Part shown: positions 1 to 9,089 of the stretch, one piece after another
How the letters are laid out: each line of letters starts with the position of its first letter
Position numbering within the stretch: the first letter of the stretch is position 1
Source: an uncultured Clostridium sp.
Lineage (GTDB): Bacteria > Bacillota > Clostridia > TANB77 > CAG-508
DNA length: 59,371 nt
Direction: 5' to 3'
Assembly (NCBI GenBank): GCA_948441945.1
Contig: CAOJQV010000004.1
Location: forward strand, 1 to 59,371
Notes under the pieces: generated by a model
Database searches by the model: none
Seen by the model: only the letters and a program-made list of their open reading frames with translations
Told to the model about the DNA's origin: nothing
Position numbers and translations under genes: made by a program

Positions 1-43
1 CTATTTTGAGGGATTTAAGGAACGTCCCCTTTTCCCTTTTTCC
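1..43. repeat. Right arm (truncated by window edge) of a GGGACG-family REP-like palindromic element
   Basis: ctattttgagggatttaaggaacgtcccc closely matches the right arm of the 38080-38363 element (ctattttgagggaaaaaaggaacgtccc); lies just past the stop of the 53-763 gene. Confidence 0.75.
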
Positions 44-52
44 TTATGCGTT

Positions 53-763
53 TTATTTTACATATTTGTCAGTTTTTTTATATAAAGCGTAACTAAATAT
101 TCCTACTCCTGCTAAAACAATTATTACTATAATTCCTAATTGTCCTATTCCTGTTTTTGGTAGTGTTGAAGTTTTTGTTGTTGTTTTGTCTTTTACAGTG
201 TTAGTTTTTGTTGCTGAAGTATTTGGTTTAGATGTATCTGTTGTACCTGTAGAAGTTGTATCTGCATTTATTGTTACAGATGTAGTACTAACTGTAATAT
301 CTCCTGTTCCGCCTGTTGCTATTGAACCACCTGATGCAATAATATCTTTTACTGTTACTGTTGTTGATTTTGCACTAATATTTGCTTTTACTTTTAAACT
401 AATTGTTGCTACTGTTTCTGCTGCTTTTACTTTATCATTTTTTACAAATGTCATCATATTTGTTGATGGTGCATAAGATGGTGTCCATGCTGTACTAGAA
501 GAAAAGCTTGATGCAGAAGGTGTTTCAAAAACATTTTTGTCAAAATTTAATTCTGCTGATATTACATCAATTCCTGCTCCAGCATTAACACTGGTTAAAT
601 TAATATTTACTGTTACTGTGTCACCTGCTTTTAATTTTGAATTACTTGTTAATGACATTCCTACTGAATAGTTATCATCTGCTGCTGTTACTGATAATGA
701 TATTGTGATAATCATAATTATAATCATAATAGTAGCAAATAATTTTTTTAAGTCTGTTTTCAT
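53..763 (-). CDS. Cohesin-domain, sortase-anchored (LPKTG) cell-wall scaffold/anchor protein
   Basis: Signal peptide; cohesin-like beta-sandwich (KAGDTVTVNINL...AELNFDKNVFE...VATISLKVK); Thr/Ser-rich linker; LPKTG + hydrophobic helix + basic tail; RBS AAAGGAG upstream. Confidence 0.8.
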   Translation of the reverse strand: MKTDLKKLFATIMIIIMIITISLSVTAADDNYSVGMSLTSNSKLKAGDTVTVNINLTSVNAGAGIDVISAELNFDKNVFETPSASSFSSSTAWTPSYAPSTNMMTFVKNDKVKAAETVATISLKVKANISAKSTTVTVKDIIASGGSIATGGTGDITVSTTSVTINADTTSTGTTDTSKPNTSATKTNTVKDKTTTKTSTLPKTGIGQLGIIVIIVLAGVGIFSYALYKKTDKYVK

Positions 764-827
764 TTTATACTCCTTTCACTTGTTTATATTTTTATATTTA
801 TAACATTGTTATACATAGTCATGTATT

Positions 828-3800
828 CTATTTTTTTATATAGATTAATTCTGTGAGTTTTAGAATTGCTCTATTTATATCAGATAAATCTGTTGAAGTT
901 ACTTTTTTAGTGTCATCTATGTCTGCTGCTTTAAATTTTGCTCCTTCAAGATTTTTAGTCTTTAATATAACATCTTTCATATCAGACATATCAGTTGCTG
1001 TTGCATATCCATCTCCATCAGTGTCTCCCATTACAACTGCTGTTAAGTTGATTTCTTCATTGCCTTTTGTTACTTTTATTGTCATTTCTGTACCAACTAT
1101 ATCATTTTGTTCTAATTGCTGTCCTTGTTTGTCTATGACTGTTATAATTCCATTTGTTTTACAATTATTAATGAATTTTGAAAGTGTTGTTTTTGGTTGT
1201 ATTTTATCTAAATATACATCATTTGGTTCATATCTGTCAATATCATTTTCTCCTATTTTATAAACACTTGATCTTAGATATAGTTTACTTTCATCCCAAC
1301 GTGCATATAGTATTATATTCTCCAATTTTGAAGTATCTATACTTGTAACTTTTTCTGCTGTTTCATCATCTTCTGATGTATACCATCCTAAAAATTCATA
1401 TTTTCCTTGATTTGCTAAGTCTTTTAATATAATGTTTTCACTTTCTATTGTATAACTTGTAGGATTTTGTGAATTTTCAACACCATCAGTATTTTTGTAA
1501 GTAATTGTATAAATAATTGGTGTTATTTCATAAGTTGCTGTTACTGTTATATTTTCTATTACATTTTGTAATTTTTCTGAATTATTCCATCCTTTGAATT
1601 CAGCTTTATATCCTTTTTGTACATCTTTTTTCTGTGGTGTTTCTCCTGTATATTCTGCATTTTCTCCATGTTTTACAGTAATTGCTTCAATTGCACTTCC
1701 ATCATCATTTCTGAAAACTACTATATATTCATTGGCAGTAAATTTTGCATATAATATTATATCTTTTGTAAGTTCAGCTATTGTTGTACTTTCTATTTTA
1801 TTATTGTTTTTATCATACCAGCCATTAAATTTATATCCCTCTTTTGTTGGAATTGGTAATTCTCCATAAGGTTTTCCATTTGTAACAGTTTTACTTGTTG
1901 ATGTTCCATCTCCATAGTCAAAAGTTACTGTAAATTGTTTTCCTCCCCACTTAGCTGTTAATTCTGTATCTTCTGTGATTTCTACTAATGTATCTTCTGT
2001 AATTTGTGTTTCTCCATTATACCATCCTTCAAAACTGTAACCTGATTTTGTTGGTTCTGGCAATGTTCCATATTTTTCTCCATAAGTTACTCGCTTTGTT
2101 CTTATACTTACTGTTGCTCCTTCTCCTGGATTAAATGTTATTGTATATTTTCTAGCTTCCCATTTTGCTGTTAATGTTATATTTGAGGTTGGTATAAATC
2201 CTGTTTCTACTTTTGTTGTTTCATCTGTTATATCTGTAAACCATCCCTTGAATTCATATCCTGGTCTTTCTGCATCTTCTAATTCTACATTGCTCTCTAC
2301 ATAAGATGCTGTTATTGTTTCATTTGCTTCTCCAAAAGTATATGTTGTTCCTGTTAGTTCTGTTCCATCTGCTTTTGTCCATTTATCTAATGTTTTTGGT
2401 AGTTTTATTTCTTCTGTTGTATTTGTTCCATCATTTTTGTTTAGTGTTACTGTAAATCCTAATGGTCCCATTGCTTGTGGTAAATCTACTGTTTGATTAT
2501 ATATCCCTTTTATTGGTTCTACCGTTGTACTTTCTCCTACTTTTCCACCATTTAAGTTTACTGTTAATGTATATTCAATGTTTGTCCATTTTGCTATTAA
2601 ATCTACATCTTCTGTTATCTCTACTATTTTATCTTCTGTTATCTCTGTTTCTCCAATAAACCATCCATCAAATGTTGCTCCTGGTTTTGTTGGTGTTGGT
2701 AATTCTCCATAAGTTTCTCCATAAGTTACTTCTTTTGATGTTGTGTCTACTGTTGCTCCTTCTCCTGCATCTAATGTTATTGTGTGTTTTTCCCCTTCCC
2801 AATGTGCATATAATATTGTATTTGCTGTTGGTACAAATCCTGCTTCTATTTTTGTCCCATTTATTGGGTCTGTGAACCATCCTTTAAATATGTAATTTGT
2901 TCTTTCTGCATCTTCTAATTCTACACTGCTTTCTACATAAGATGCTGTTATTGTTTCATTTGCTTCTCCAAAAGTATATGTTGTTCCTGTTAGTTCTGTT
3001 CCATCTGCTTTTGTCCATTTATCTAATGTTTTTGGTAGTTTTATTTCTTCTGTTGTATTTGTTCCATCATTTTTGTTTAGTGTTACTGTAAATCCTAATG
3101 GTCCCATTGCTTGTGGTAAATCTACTGTTTGATTATATATCCCTTTTATTGGTTCTACCGTTGTACTTTCTCCTACTTTTCCACCATTTAAGTTTACTGT
3201 TAATGTATATTCAATGTTTGTCCATTTTGCTATTAAATCTACATCTTCTGTTATCTCTACTATTTTATCTTCTGTTATCTCTGTTTCTCCAATAAACCAT
3301 CCATCAAATGTTGCTCCTGGTTTTGTTGGTGTTGGTAATTCTCCATAAGTTTCTCCATAAGTTACTTCTTTTGATGTTGTGTCTACTGTTGCTCCTTCTC
3401 CTGCATCTAATGTTATTGTATATTTTTTAGCTTCCCACTTTGCTATTAATGTTACATCAGATCTTGTTTCAAATATAGTTTGTTCTGTTACTCTTGTTGT
3501 TTCATCAGCTATATCTGTGAACCATCCTTTAAATTCATATCCTGTTTTATTTGGCTCTGGTAAGTCTCCATAGGCTTTTCCTAGTTCTACTTGTTTTGTT
3601 CCTGGTGTTACTGTTACACCTTCTCCTCCATCAAATGTAACTGTATGTTTTTCTCCTTCCCAGTGTGCATATATTGTTATATCTGCTTCTGGTATATATG
3701 GCATTTCTATTTTTTCACCATTTTCTGCTTCTGTGTACCATCCTTTAAATGTGTATCCCTGTCTTTCCGTAGGATTTTGTACATTAATTTCATTTCCTAT

Positions 3801-6800
3801 ATAAGATGCTGTTATTTTCTCATTTTTTGCTCCAAATACATAAGTTGTTGTTCCTGCTAAATCAGTTCCATCTTCTTTTGTCCATTTTTCTAGTCTTGTT
3901 GTTTGCTTTTCTTCTCTGTTTGCAGTTACTCCATCATTATTATTTACTGTTATTGTAAATCCTTCTGGTCCTTCTACTGTTGGTAATGTTACAGTTTCTC
4001 CAACTTCTCCTTGTATTGGTGCTACTGTTTCATTTCCTCCTACATTTCCTCCTGCTAAATCTATTGTTAATGTATATTTTTCACCAGTCCATTTTGCAGT
4101 TAATACTGTGTCTTCTGTTATTTCTACTACTGTTTCTGGCGTAATTGGTGTTTCTCCATTATACCATCCTCCAAATACTCCTCCTGGTTTTGTTGGTGTT
4201 GGCAATGTTCCATATTTGCTTCCGAAAGTTACTTCCATTTCGTTTGGAGTTACTGTTGCCCCTTCTCCTGCATCAAATGTTATTGTATATTTATTTGCTT
4301 CCCAATGTGCATATAGTATTGTATTTGCAGTTGGTGTGAATCCTGGTTCTACTTTTGTTCCTGTTTCTGTTTCTGTATACCATCCTTTAAATGTATACCC
4401 TAGTCTTTCTGTTGGCTCTTTTAAATCGACTGAACTTTCTATATAAGATGCTGTTATTGTATCATCTGTTTCTCCAAATGTATATTTTGTTCCTGTTAAC
4501 TCTGTTCCATCTGCTTTTGTCCATTTTTCTAATGTTTTTGGTTGTTTTATTTCTTCTGTTGTATTTGTTCCATCATTTTTGTTTAGTGTTACTGTAAATC
4601 CTTCTGGTCCTTTTGCTTCTGGTAATGACACCTCTTGTCCACGAGTACCCTTTATTGGCACTACTGTTAAGTTTCCATCTACTGTTCCACCATTTAAGTC
4701 TATTGTTAGTGTATATTCTGTATCCTTCCATTTTGCTGTTAATTCTATATCTTGTGTTATTTCTACTAATGTTTCTGGTGTAATTGGTGTTTCTCCATCA
4801 TACCATCCTTCAAATGTTGCTCCTGGTTTTGTTGGTGTTGGTAGTTCTCCATAAGGCTTTCCATATTCCACTTCTTTTGTTTCTGGAATTACAGTAATTC
4901 CATCTCCTGGTTTAAATGTTATTGTATGTTTTTTACCTTCCCAATGTGCATATAACGTTATATTTGAAGTTGGTATAAATCCTGTTTCTACTTTCTCTCC
5001 ACCTTCTGCTTGTGTATACCATGCCTTAAACACATAATTTGGTCTTGTTGATGGTGGTTCTAATGTTACACTTTCTCCTATATAAGATGCTGTTATTTTA
5101 TCATTTGAAGCATCAAATACATAAGTTGTTGTTCCTGCTAAGTCTGTTCCGTCTGCTTTTGTCCATTTTTCTAATCTTGTTGTTTGTTTTATCTCATTTG
5201 TTGTATTTGTTCCATCATTTTTGTTTAGTGTTACTGTAAATCCCTCTGGCCCTTTTACTGTTGGTAATGTTACACTTTCGTTATAGTTTCCTCTTATTGG
5301 TTCTACTGTTTGATTTCCATCTACTGTTCCACCATTTAAGTCTATTGTTAATATATATTGTGCATCTGACCATCTTGCTGTCAATGTTGTATTTTCTAAA
5401 ATATCTACTGTATTATCTTTTGTTATTAGTATGTCTCCTTTCCACCAACCGGCAAATGTTTTTCCTGTTTTTACTGGTTCTGGTAAGTCTCCATATTTTT
5501 CTCCATAAGTCACTTCTTTTGTTCCTTGGCTTACTGTTGCTCCTTCTCCTGGATTAAATGTTATTGTATATTTTTTTGCTTTCCAATGTGCATATAATGT
5601 TGTGTTTTCTTCTGGCATAAATCCTGATTCTACTTTTGTCCCTCCAGTTTTTAATGTAAACCATCCTTCAAATTCATATCCATCTTTTGTTGGTGTTTCT
5701 AGTTCTACTTCTCTTGGGGTATAAGTTGCTGTTAATGTTCCATTTCCATCTTCAAAAGTATATATGTTTTCTTCTATTGTTCCTTTTCCTGATTTTACCC
5801 ATCTATTAAATGTCTTCTTTTGTTCAACTGTTGTTATTGTTCCATCATTGTCTAATGTTATTGTGTATCCTGATGGTGCTTTTGGTGTTTCTAAAACTAT
5901 TGTATCTTCATAGTTTCCGTTTTCTATTGTTGGTTCTGTTGTTCCCTTATATATTCCTCCTGCTGGATTTATTGTTAGCTCATATCCTATTTCATCCCAT
6001 TGTGCAAATAGTCTTTTTGGTCCATCAGGAAGATAATTGTCTCCTGGTTGACCAATTAATGTTCCTCCTGTTGGTGCTGTGTACCACCCTTTCATTGTAC
6101 TTCCTAATTTACTTGCTGTTGGTAGTGTTATATTATTTCCTATATAAGTAGCTCTTAATGTTCCTGATTCTGTTCCAAAAGTGTATGTGTTTCCACTAAA
6201 TGTTCCTCCATCTGTTAATGTCCATCTGTCAAATGTTGTAGTTTGTTCTTTTATTAATTCTTCTGTGATTCCCCCATTACCATCAAAATTGATAAGGTAT
6301 CCTTTTGGTGTACTTGTTGGATTTGGGATTTGTTTTGTTGTTTTATATTCTCCAATAAAATCTTGTGATGTTGTATTTCCTTCCCATGTTCCTCCATTTG
6401 GGTCTACTGTTAATGTTGATTTAACAGGCACCCATTTTGCAAATAGTTCTACATTTTCGTCTAGTCTATACAATGATTCTGCTACATAAGATGTCCCTGT
6501 TCCATCTGCTAAAGTGTTCCATGCTTCAAATGTGTATCCTGTTCTGCTTGGTGCTGGTGCTATTGTATAGTCTATTCCTTCTGTTTTTGTTCCACTATTT
6601 GTTGGCATTCCTGTTACTTCATCTGTAGTATTTTTGTTGTATGTTATTGTGTATTTATTTAATTCTCTCCATTGTGCATATAAATCTAAATTAGATGTTA
6701 TTTGATAAGCTGTTCCTGCTACATAAGGTGTTCCATCTGCTGTTTGCCATCCTGTGAATGCGTATCCTTCTCTTTTTGGTTCTCCTCCTATTGTGTATGA

Positions 6801-7472
6801 TGTCCCTGCATTTACTGTTGTATTAGTTGGCATATTTGTTACTTCATCTGTTGTATTTTTGTTGTATGTTACTGTGCATTCTGATGTTTCTCCTGGGAAT
6901 GTAAGAGATATGTCATAACCTGCTTCATCTATCCCAGTGTCTGATCCTCCTCCTGAGCTACTTCCACGTGTTAGCCAAATTCCATTAATTGATATTATAC
7001 TTTCATTAGTTGCAACTTTTGCAATTAATTTTATACTAAATATTACTGAATCATTTCCTGCATTATTAGTACCTTTATGAGTACCATCAGTAACTAATAC
7101 ATAATATGCGTTTTCACTTTCATCAAATCCTGACCCCTCATTAATATCATATTTTGTTATTATGTTATTTGTTGTATCTATCTCTTCAAATATTGTTGTA
7201 TCATAATTAATATAACCTTCAATTGAATCTATTCCTGTACCTGTTACACTAACATCTATTATTACTTCGTCCCCAATGGCAATTTCCCCAGTTTTTGATG
7301 TTGATAATTTTATATCTCCAAACTTCTCTGTTGTTACACTTGATTCAATTGGTGTACTTGCTATACTTTTTAAAGGCATTAATACTGGCATTAATATTTG
7401 TAATAGCATTGTTATTACTAACACTAAGCTAATCATTTTAAATTTTGCTGTTATGATTTCATTACCTTTCAT
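828..7472 (-). CDS. Large secreted protein: N-terminal cohesin, many InlB B-repeat (Flg_new-like) domains, C-terminal X-module plus dockerin
   Basis: Signal peptide; cohesin-like GDEVIIDVSV...YINYDTTIFE; recurring PTKPGxTFxGW...LYA(H/K/Q)W repeats; duplicated EF-hand-like dockerin GDTDGDGYATATD / AADIDDTKKVTSTD; RBS AAGGAGG. Confidence 0.85.
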   Translation of the reverse strand: MKGNEIITAKFKMISLVLVITMLLQILMPVLMPLKSIASTPIESSVTTEKFGDIKLSTSKTGEIAIGDEVIIDVSVTGTGIDSIEGYINYDTTIFEEIDTTNNIITKYDINEGSGFDESENAYYVLVTDGTHKGTNNAGNDSVIFSIKLIAKVATNESIISINGIWLTRGSSSGGGSDTGIDEAGYDISLTFPGETSECTVTYNKNTTDEVTNMPTNTTVNAGTSYTIGGEPKREGYAFTGWQTADGTPYVAGTAYQITSNLDLYAQWRELNKYTITYNKNTTDEVTGMPTNSGTKTEGIDYTIAPAPSRTGYTFEAWNTLADGTGTSYVAESLYRLDENVELFAKWVPVKSTLTVDPNGGTWEGNTTSQDFIGEYKTTKQIPNPTSTPKGYLINFDGNGGITEELIKEQTTTFDRWTLTDGGTFSGNTYTFGTESGTLRATYIGNNITLPTASKLGSTMKGWYTAPTGGTLIGQPGDNYLPDGPKRLFAQWDEIGYELTINPAGGIYKGTTEPTIENGNYEDTIVLETPKAPSGYTITLDNDGTITTVEQKKTFNRWVKSGKGTIEENIYTFEDGNGTLTATYTPREVELETPTKDGYEFEGWFTLKTGGTKVESGFMPEENTTLYAHWKAKKYTITFNPGEGATVSQGTKEVTYGEKYGDLPEPVKTGKTFAGWWKGDILITKDNTVDILENTTLTARWSDAQYILTIDLNGGTVDGNQTVEPIRGNYNESVTLPTVKGPEGFTVTLNKNDGTNTTNEIKQTTRLEKWTKADGTDLAGTTTYVFDASNDKITASYIGESVTLEPPSTRPNYVFKAWYTQAEGGEKVETGFIPTSNITLYAHWEGKKHTITFKPGDGITVIPETKEVEYGKPYGELPTPTKPGATFEGWYDGETPITPETLVEITQDIELTAKWKDTEYTLTIDLNGGTVDGNLTVVPIKGTRGQEVSLPEAKGPEGFTVTLNKNDGTNTTEEIKQPKTLEKWTKADGTELTGTKYTFGETDDTITASYIESSVDLKEPTERLGYTFKGWYTETETGTKVEPGFTPTANTILYAHWEANKYTITFDAGEGATVTPNEMEVTFGSKYGTLPTPTKPGGVFGGWYNGETPITPETVVEITEDTVLTAKWTGEKYTLTIDLAGGNVGGNETVAPIQGEVGETVTLPTVEGPEGFTITVNNNDGVTANREEKQTTRLEKWTKEDGTDLAGTTTYVFGAKNEKITASYIGNEINVQNPTERQGYTFKGWYTEAENGEKIEMPYIPEADITIYAHWEGEKHTVTFDGGEGVTVTPGTKQVELGKAYGDLPEPNKTGYEFKGWFTDIADETTRVTEQTIFETRSDVTLIAKWEAKKYTITLDAGEGATVDTTSKEVTYGETYGELPTPTKPGATFDGWFIGETEITEDKIVEITEDVDLIAKWTNIEYTLTVNLNGGKVGESTTVEPIKGIYNQTVDLPQAMGPLGFTVTLNKNDGTNTTEEIKLPKTLDKWTKADGTELTGTTYTFGEANETITASYVESSVELEDAERTNYIFKGWFTDPINGTKIEAGFVPTANTILYAHWEGEKHTITLDAGEGATVDTTSKEVTYGETYGELPTPTKPGATFDGWFIGETEITEDKIVEITEDVDLIAKWTNIEYTLTVNLNGGKVGESTTVEPIKGIYNQTVDLPQAMGPLGFTVTLNKNDGTNTTEEIKLPKTLDKWTKADGTELTGTTYTFGEANETITASYVESNVELEDAERPGYEFKGWFTDITDETTKVETGFIPTSNITLTAKWEARKYTITFNPGEGATVSIRTKRVTYGEKYGTLPEPTKSGYSFEGWYNGETQITEDTLVEITEDTELTAKWGGKQFTVTFDYGDGTSTSKTVTNGKPYGELPIPTKEGYKFNGWYDKNNNKIESTTIAELTKDIILYAKFTANEYIVVFRNDDGSAIEAITVKHGENAEYTGETPQKKDVQKGYKAEFKGWNNSEKLQNVIENITVTATYEITPIIYTITYKNTDGVENSQNPTSYTIESENIILKDLANQGKYEFLGWYTSEDDETAEKVTSIDTSKLENIILYARWDESKLYLRSSVYKIGENDIDRYEPNDVYLDKIQPKTTLSKFINNCKTNGIITVIDKQGQQLEQNDIVGTEMTIKVTKGNEEINLTAVVMGDTDGDGYATATDMSDMKDVILKTKNLEGAKFKAADIDDTKKVTSTDLSDINRAILKLTELIYIKK
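2265..3419. repeat. Intragenic direct repeat, ~519 bp x2 (2265-2783 and 2901-3419), period 636 bp = 212 aa
   Basis: Identical shadow ORFs at 2462 and 3098; only two mismatches seen by eye (2290/2926, 2295/2931); further more diverged units upstream in the gene. Confidence 0.9.
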
Positions 7473-7507
7473 AATTCATTTCCTCCTTAGATTTAGTCAT
7501 TAAATTA

Positions 7508-7536
7508 ATTAAATCATGTTATATTTTCTAAGTCAA
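7508..7536 (-). promoter_or_regulatory. Putative sigma-A promoter for the 2214-aa gene
   Basis: Minus strand TTGACT-N17-TTTAAT, with TG just upstream of the -10 box. Confidence 0.45.
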
Positions 7537-7686
7537 CTAGGTATTTTTTATATTACAATTTTCACCTTATTTTCATTTGCGGAAGTACGTTTTAGCTGTT
7601 TCTTGATATAAATATTATATTTATATTACACTTTTATTACACAATATTAAAAAGAGAAAAATGTTTCCACCTTTCTCTCTTTGTTT

Positions 7687-9033
7687 TTATAAAATTCCTA
7701 GTAACATTTTATTTATGTCTGAGAAGTCTGTTGCTTTCAATTCTCCACTTTCATCTATATCTCCTGCTATCATAAATTCGTTTTCTAGTGCATTAGTTCC
7801 TAGCAGTGCTCTATTTATTTCTGAGTAGTCTTGTGCTGTTACTTTTCCTTCTCCACTCAAGTCTCCCATTACTGCTATTTTTAGTTCTATTTTTTCTTCT
7901 CCTTTTGTTACTATTAATTTCATTCCTGTTCCTACATATTCTTCATCTAGTAATTGTGTTCCATCTTGTTTTATTACTTGTATTTTATCCCCATTTGTTG
8001 TTAGATTATTAATATAATCTATTAACATGGTTTCTTTCTTTACTCTTGATATATATTTATCTCCTTCTTCATATTTGATTATATCTATATTTCCTATTTT
8101 ATATGTTTCTGATGATAAATATAGATTTTGCAGTTTTTGTACTTGTTTCCATTGTGCATATAATGTTAAATTTTCATCTTTATTATATATACTTCCTGCT
8201 AAATATGTTGTTCCAGTTCCATCTAGCGTAGTATTCCATCCTTCAAATGTATATCCTGGTCTTGATGGTTCTATTCCATATATGTTGTAGTTTCTTCCTT
8301 CTGTTTTTATTCCATTTTTAGGAATGTTTTTTACTTCTTCTGTTGTATTTGAATTATATTCTATATTGTATTGCTTTTCTTCTGGATTTGGATTATCTGG
8401 CTCTGGATTATCTGGATCTGGATTATCTGGATCTGGATTATCTGGATCTGGAATGTCTGGATTATTTAAATAACCTTTAATTGTTAAGGTTAAATCTGGA
8501 TATTCATCTTTTCCTTCTTCAGTGTCATCATACTTATTATTTACTATAAATATATCTCTTAGAGTAAAATATGTATCTTTTTCTATATCTTCTATTGCTC
8601 TTAAATATATTGTTGCTATTTTTTCATTTGTACAAGCATATTTAGAATCTCGTGTTGTTAAAGATAATATTGGATATCCTGTATCACTAAATCCATCATG
8701 GAAAATGTCCCATTTATCAATACTTTCTATATCTTGTGGTATATATATTTCATCAAATAAATCCATGTCATATTCTAAGTCTACTACAAATGCTTTAATA
8801 TTTTCTCCACCAACATATATCTCTATTGGAACAATATCTCCTTTTTTTATTTTTGATGAGCTTGTACTCATCATTACTGTTCCTAATTTTGTATTTACAG
8901 TGTTGCTAGAATTACTTGCATAGGTCTTTATTGGATTCTTAAATGCTAGATTTGGTAATAGTACAGCTATAATTAATGTTACTGTAAGAATAACTGTTTT
9001 TATACCTACAATATATTTGTTTTCATTTTTCAT
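7687..9033 (-). CDS. Cohesin-linker-InlB B-repeat-X-module-dockerin adaptor protein
   Basis: Signal peptide; cohesin-like KKGDIVPIEIYV...DLEYDMDLFD; PDNPD linker; one InlB B-repeat (PSRPGYTFEGW...LYAQW); dockerin GDLSGEGKVTAQD / AGDIDESGELKATD; RBS GGAGGAG. Confidence 0.85.
   Translation of the reverse strand: MKNENKYIVGIKTVILTVTLIIAVLLPNLAFKNPIKTYASNSSNTVNTKLGTVMMSTSSSKIKKGDIVPIEIYVGGENIKAFVVDLEYDMDLFDEIYIPQDIESIDKWDIFHDGFSDTGYPILSLTTRDSKYACTNEKIATIYLRAIEDIEKDTYFTLRDIFIVNNKYDDTEEGKDEYPDLTLTIKGYLNNPDIPDPDNPDPDNPDPDNPEPDNPNPEEKQYNIEYNSNTTEEVKNIPKNGIKTEGRNYNIYGIEPSRPGYTFEGWNTTLDGTGTTYLAGSIYNKDENLTLYAQWKQVQKLQNLYLSSETYKIGNIDIIKYEEGDKYISRVKKETMLIDYINNLTTNGDKIQVIKQDGTQLLDEEYVGTGMKLIVTKGEEKIELKIAVMGDLSGEGKVTAQDYSEINRALLGTNALENEFMIAGDIDESGELKATDFSDINKMLLGIL
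8381..8465. repeat. 15-bp coding tandem repeat (tctggattatctgga-type) encoding a Pro/Asp/Asn linker (PDNPD)n
   Basis: About five units directly visible; protein reads NPDIPDPDNPDPDNPDPDNPEPDNPNP. Confidence 0.9.
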
Positions 9034-9051
9034 AATCTCCTCCTTTCCTTT

Positions 9052-9089
9052 TTAATATTTAAGTAGAGGTTTTCTCTACTTAAATATTA
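9052..9089 (-). other. Intergenic 17-bp perfect stem-loop without a U-tract (possible mRNA stabiliser or attenuator)
   Basis: ttaatatttaagtagag-gttt-ctctacttaaatattaa; overlaps the stop of the giant gene and is followed on the minus strand by the purine-rich RBS of the next gene. Confidence 0.6.

Noticed and set aside
2265-3419. Template/variable repeat pair of a diversity-generating retroelement
   Set aside because: Both copies are in-frame coding units, the two mismatches are not one-directional A-to-N changes, and no reverse transcriptase is present in the window
8381-8465. CRISPR-like repeat
   Set aside because: Contiguous 15-bp coding tandem repeat without spacers; no cas genes or repeat-spacer array anywhere in the window
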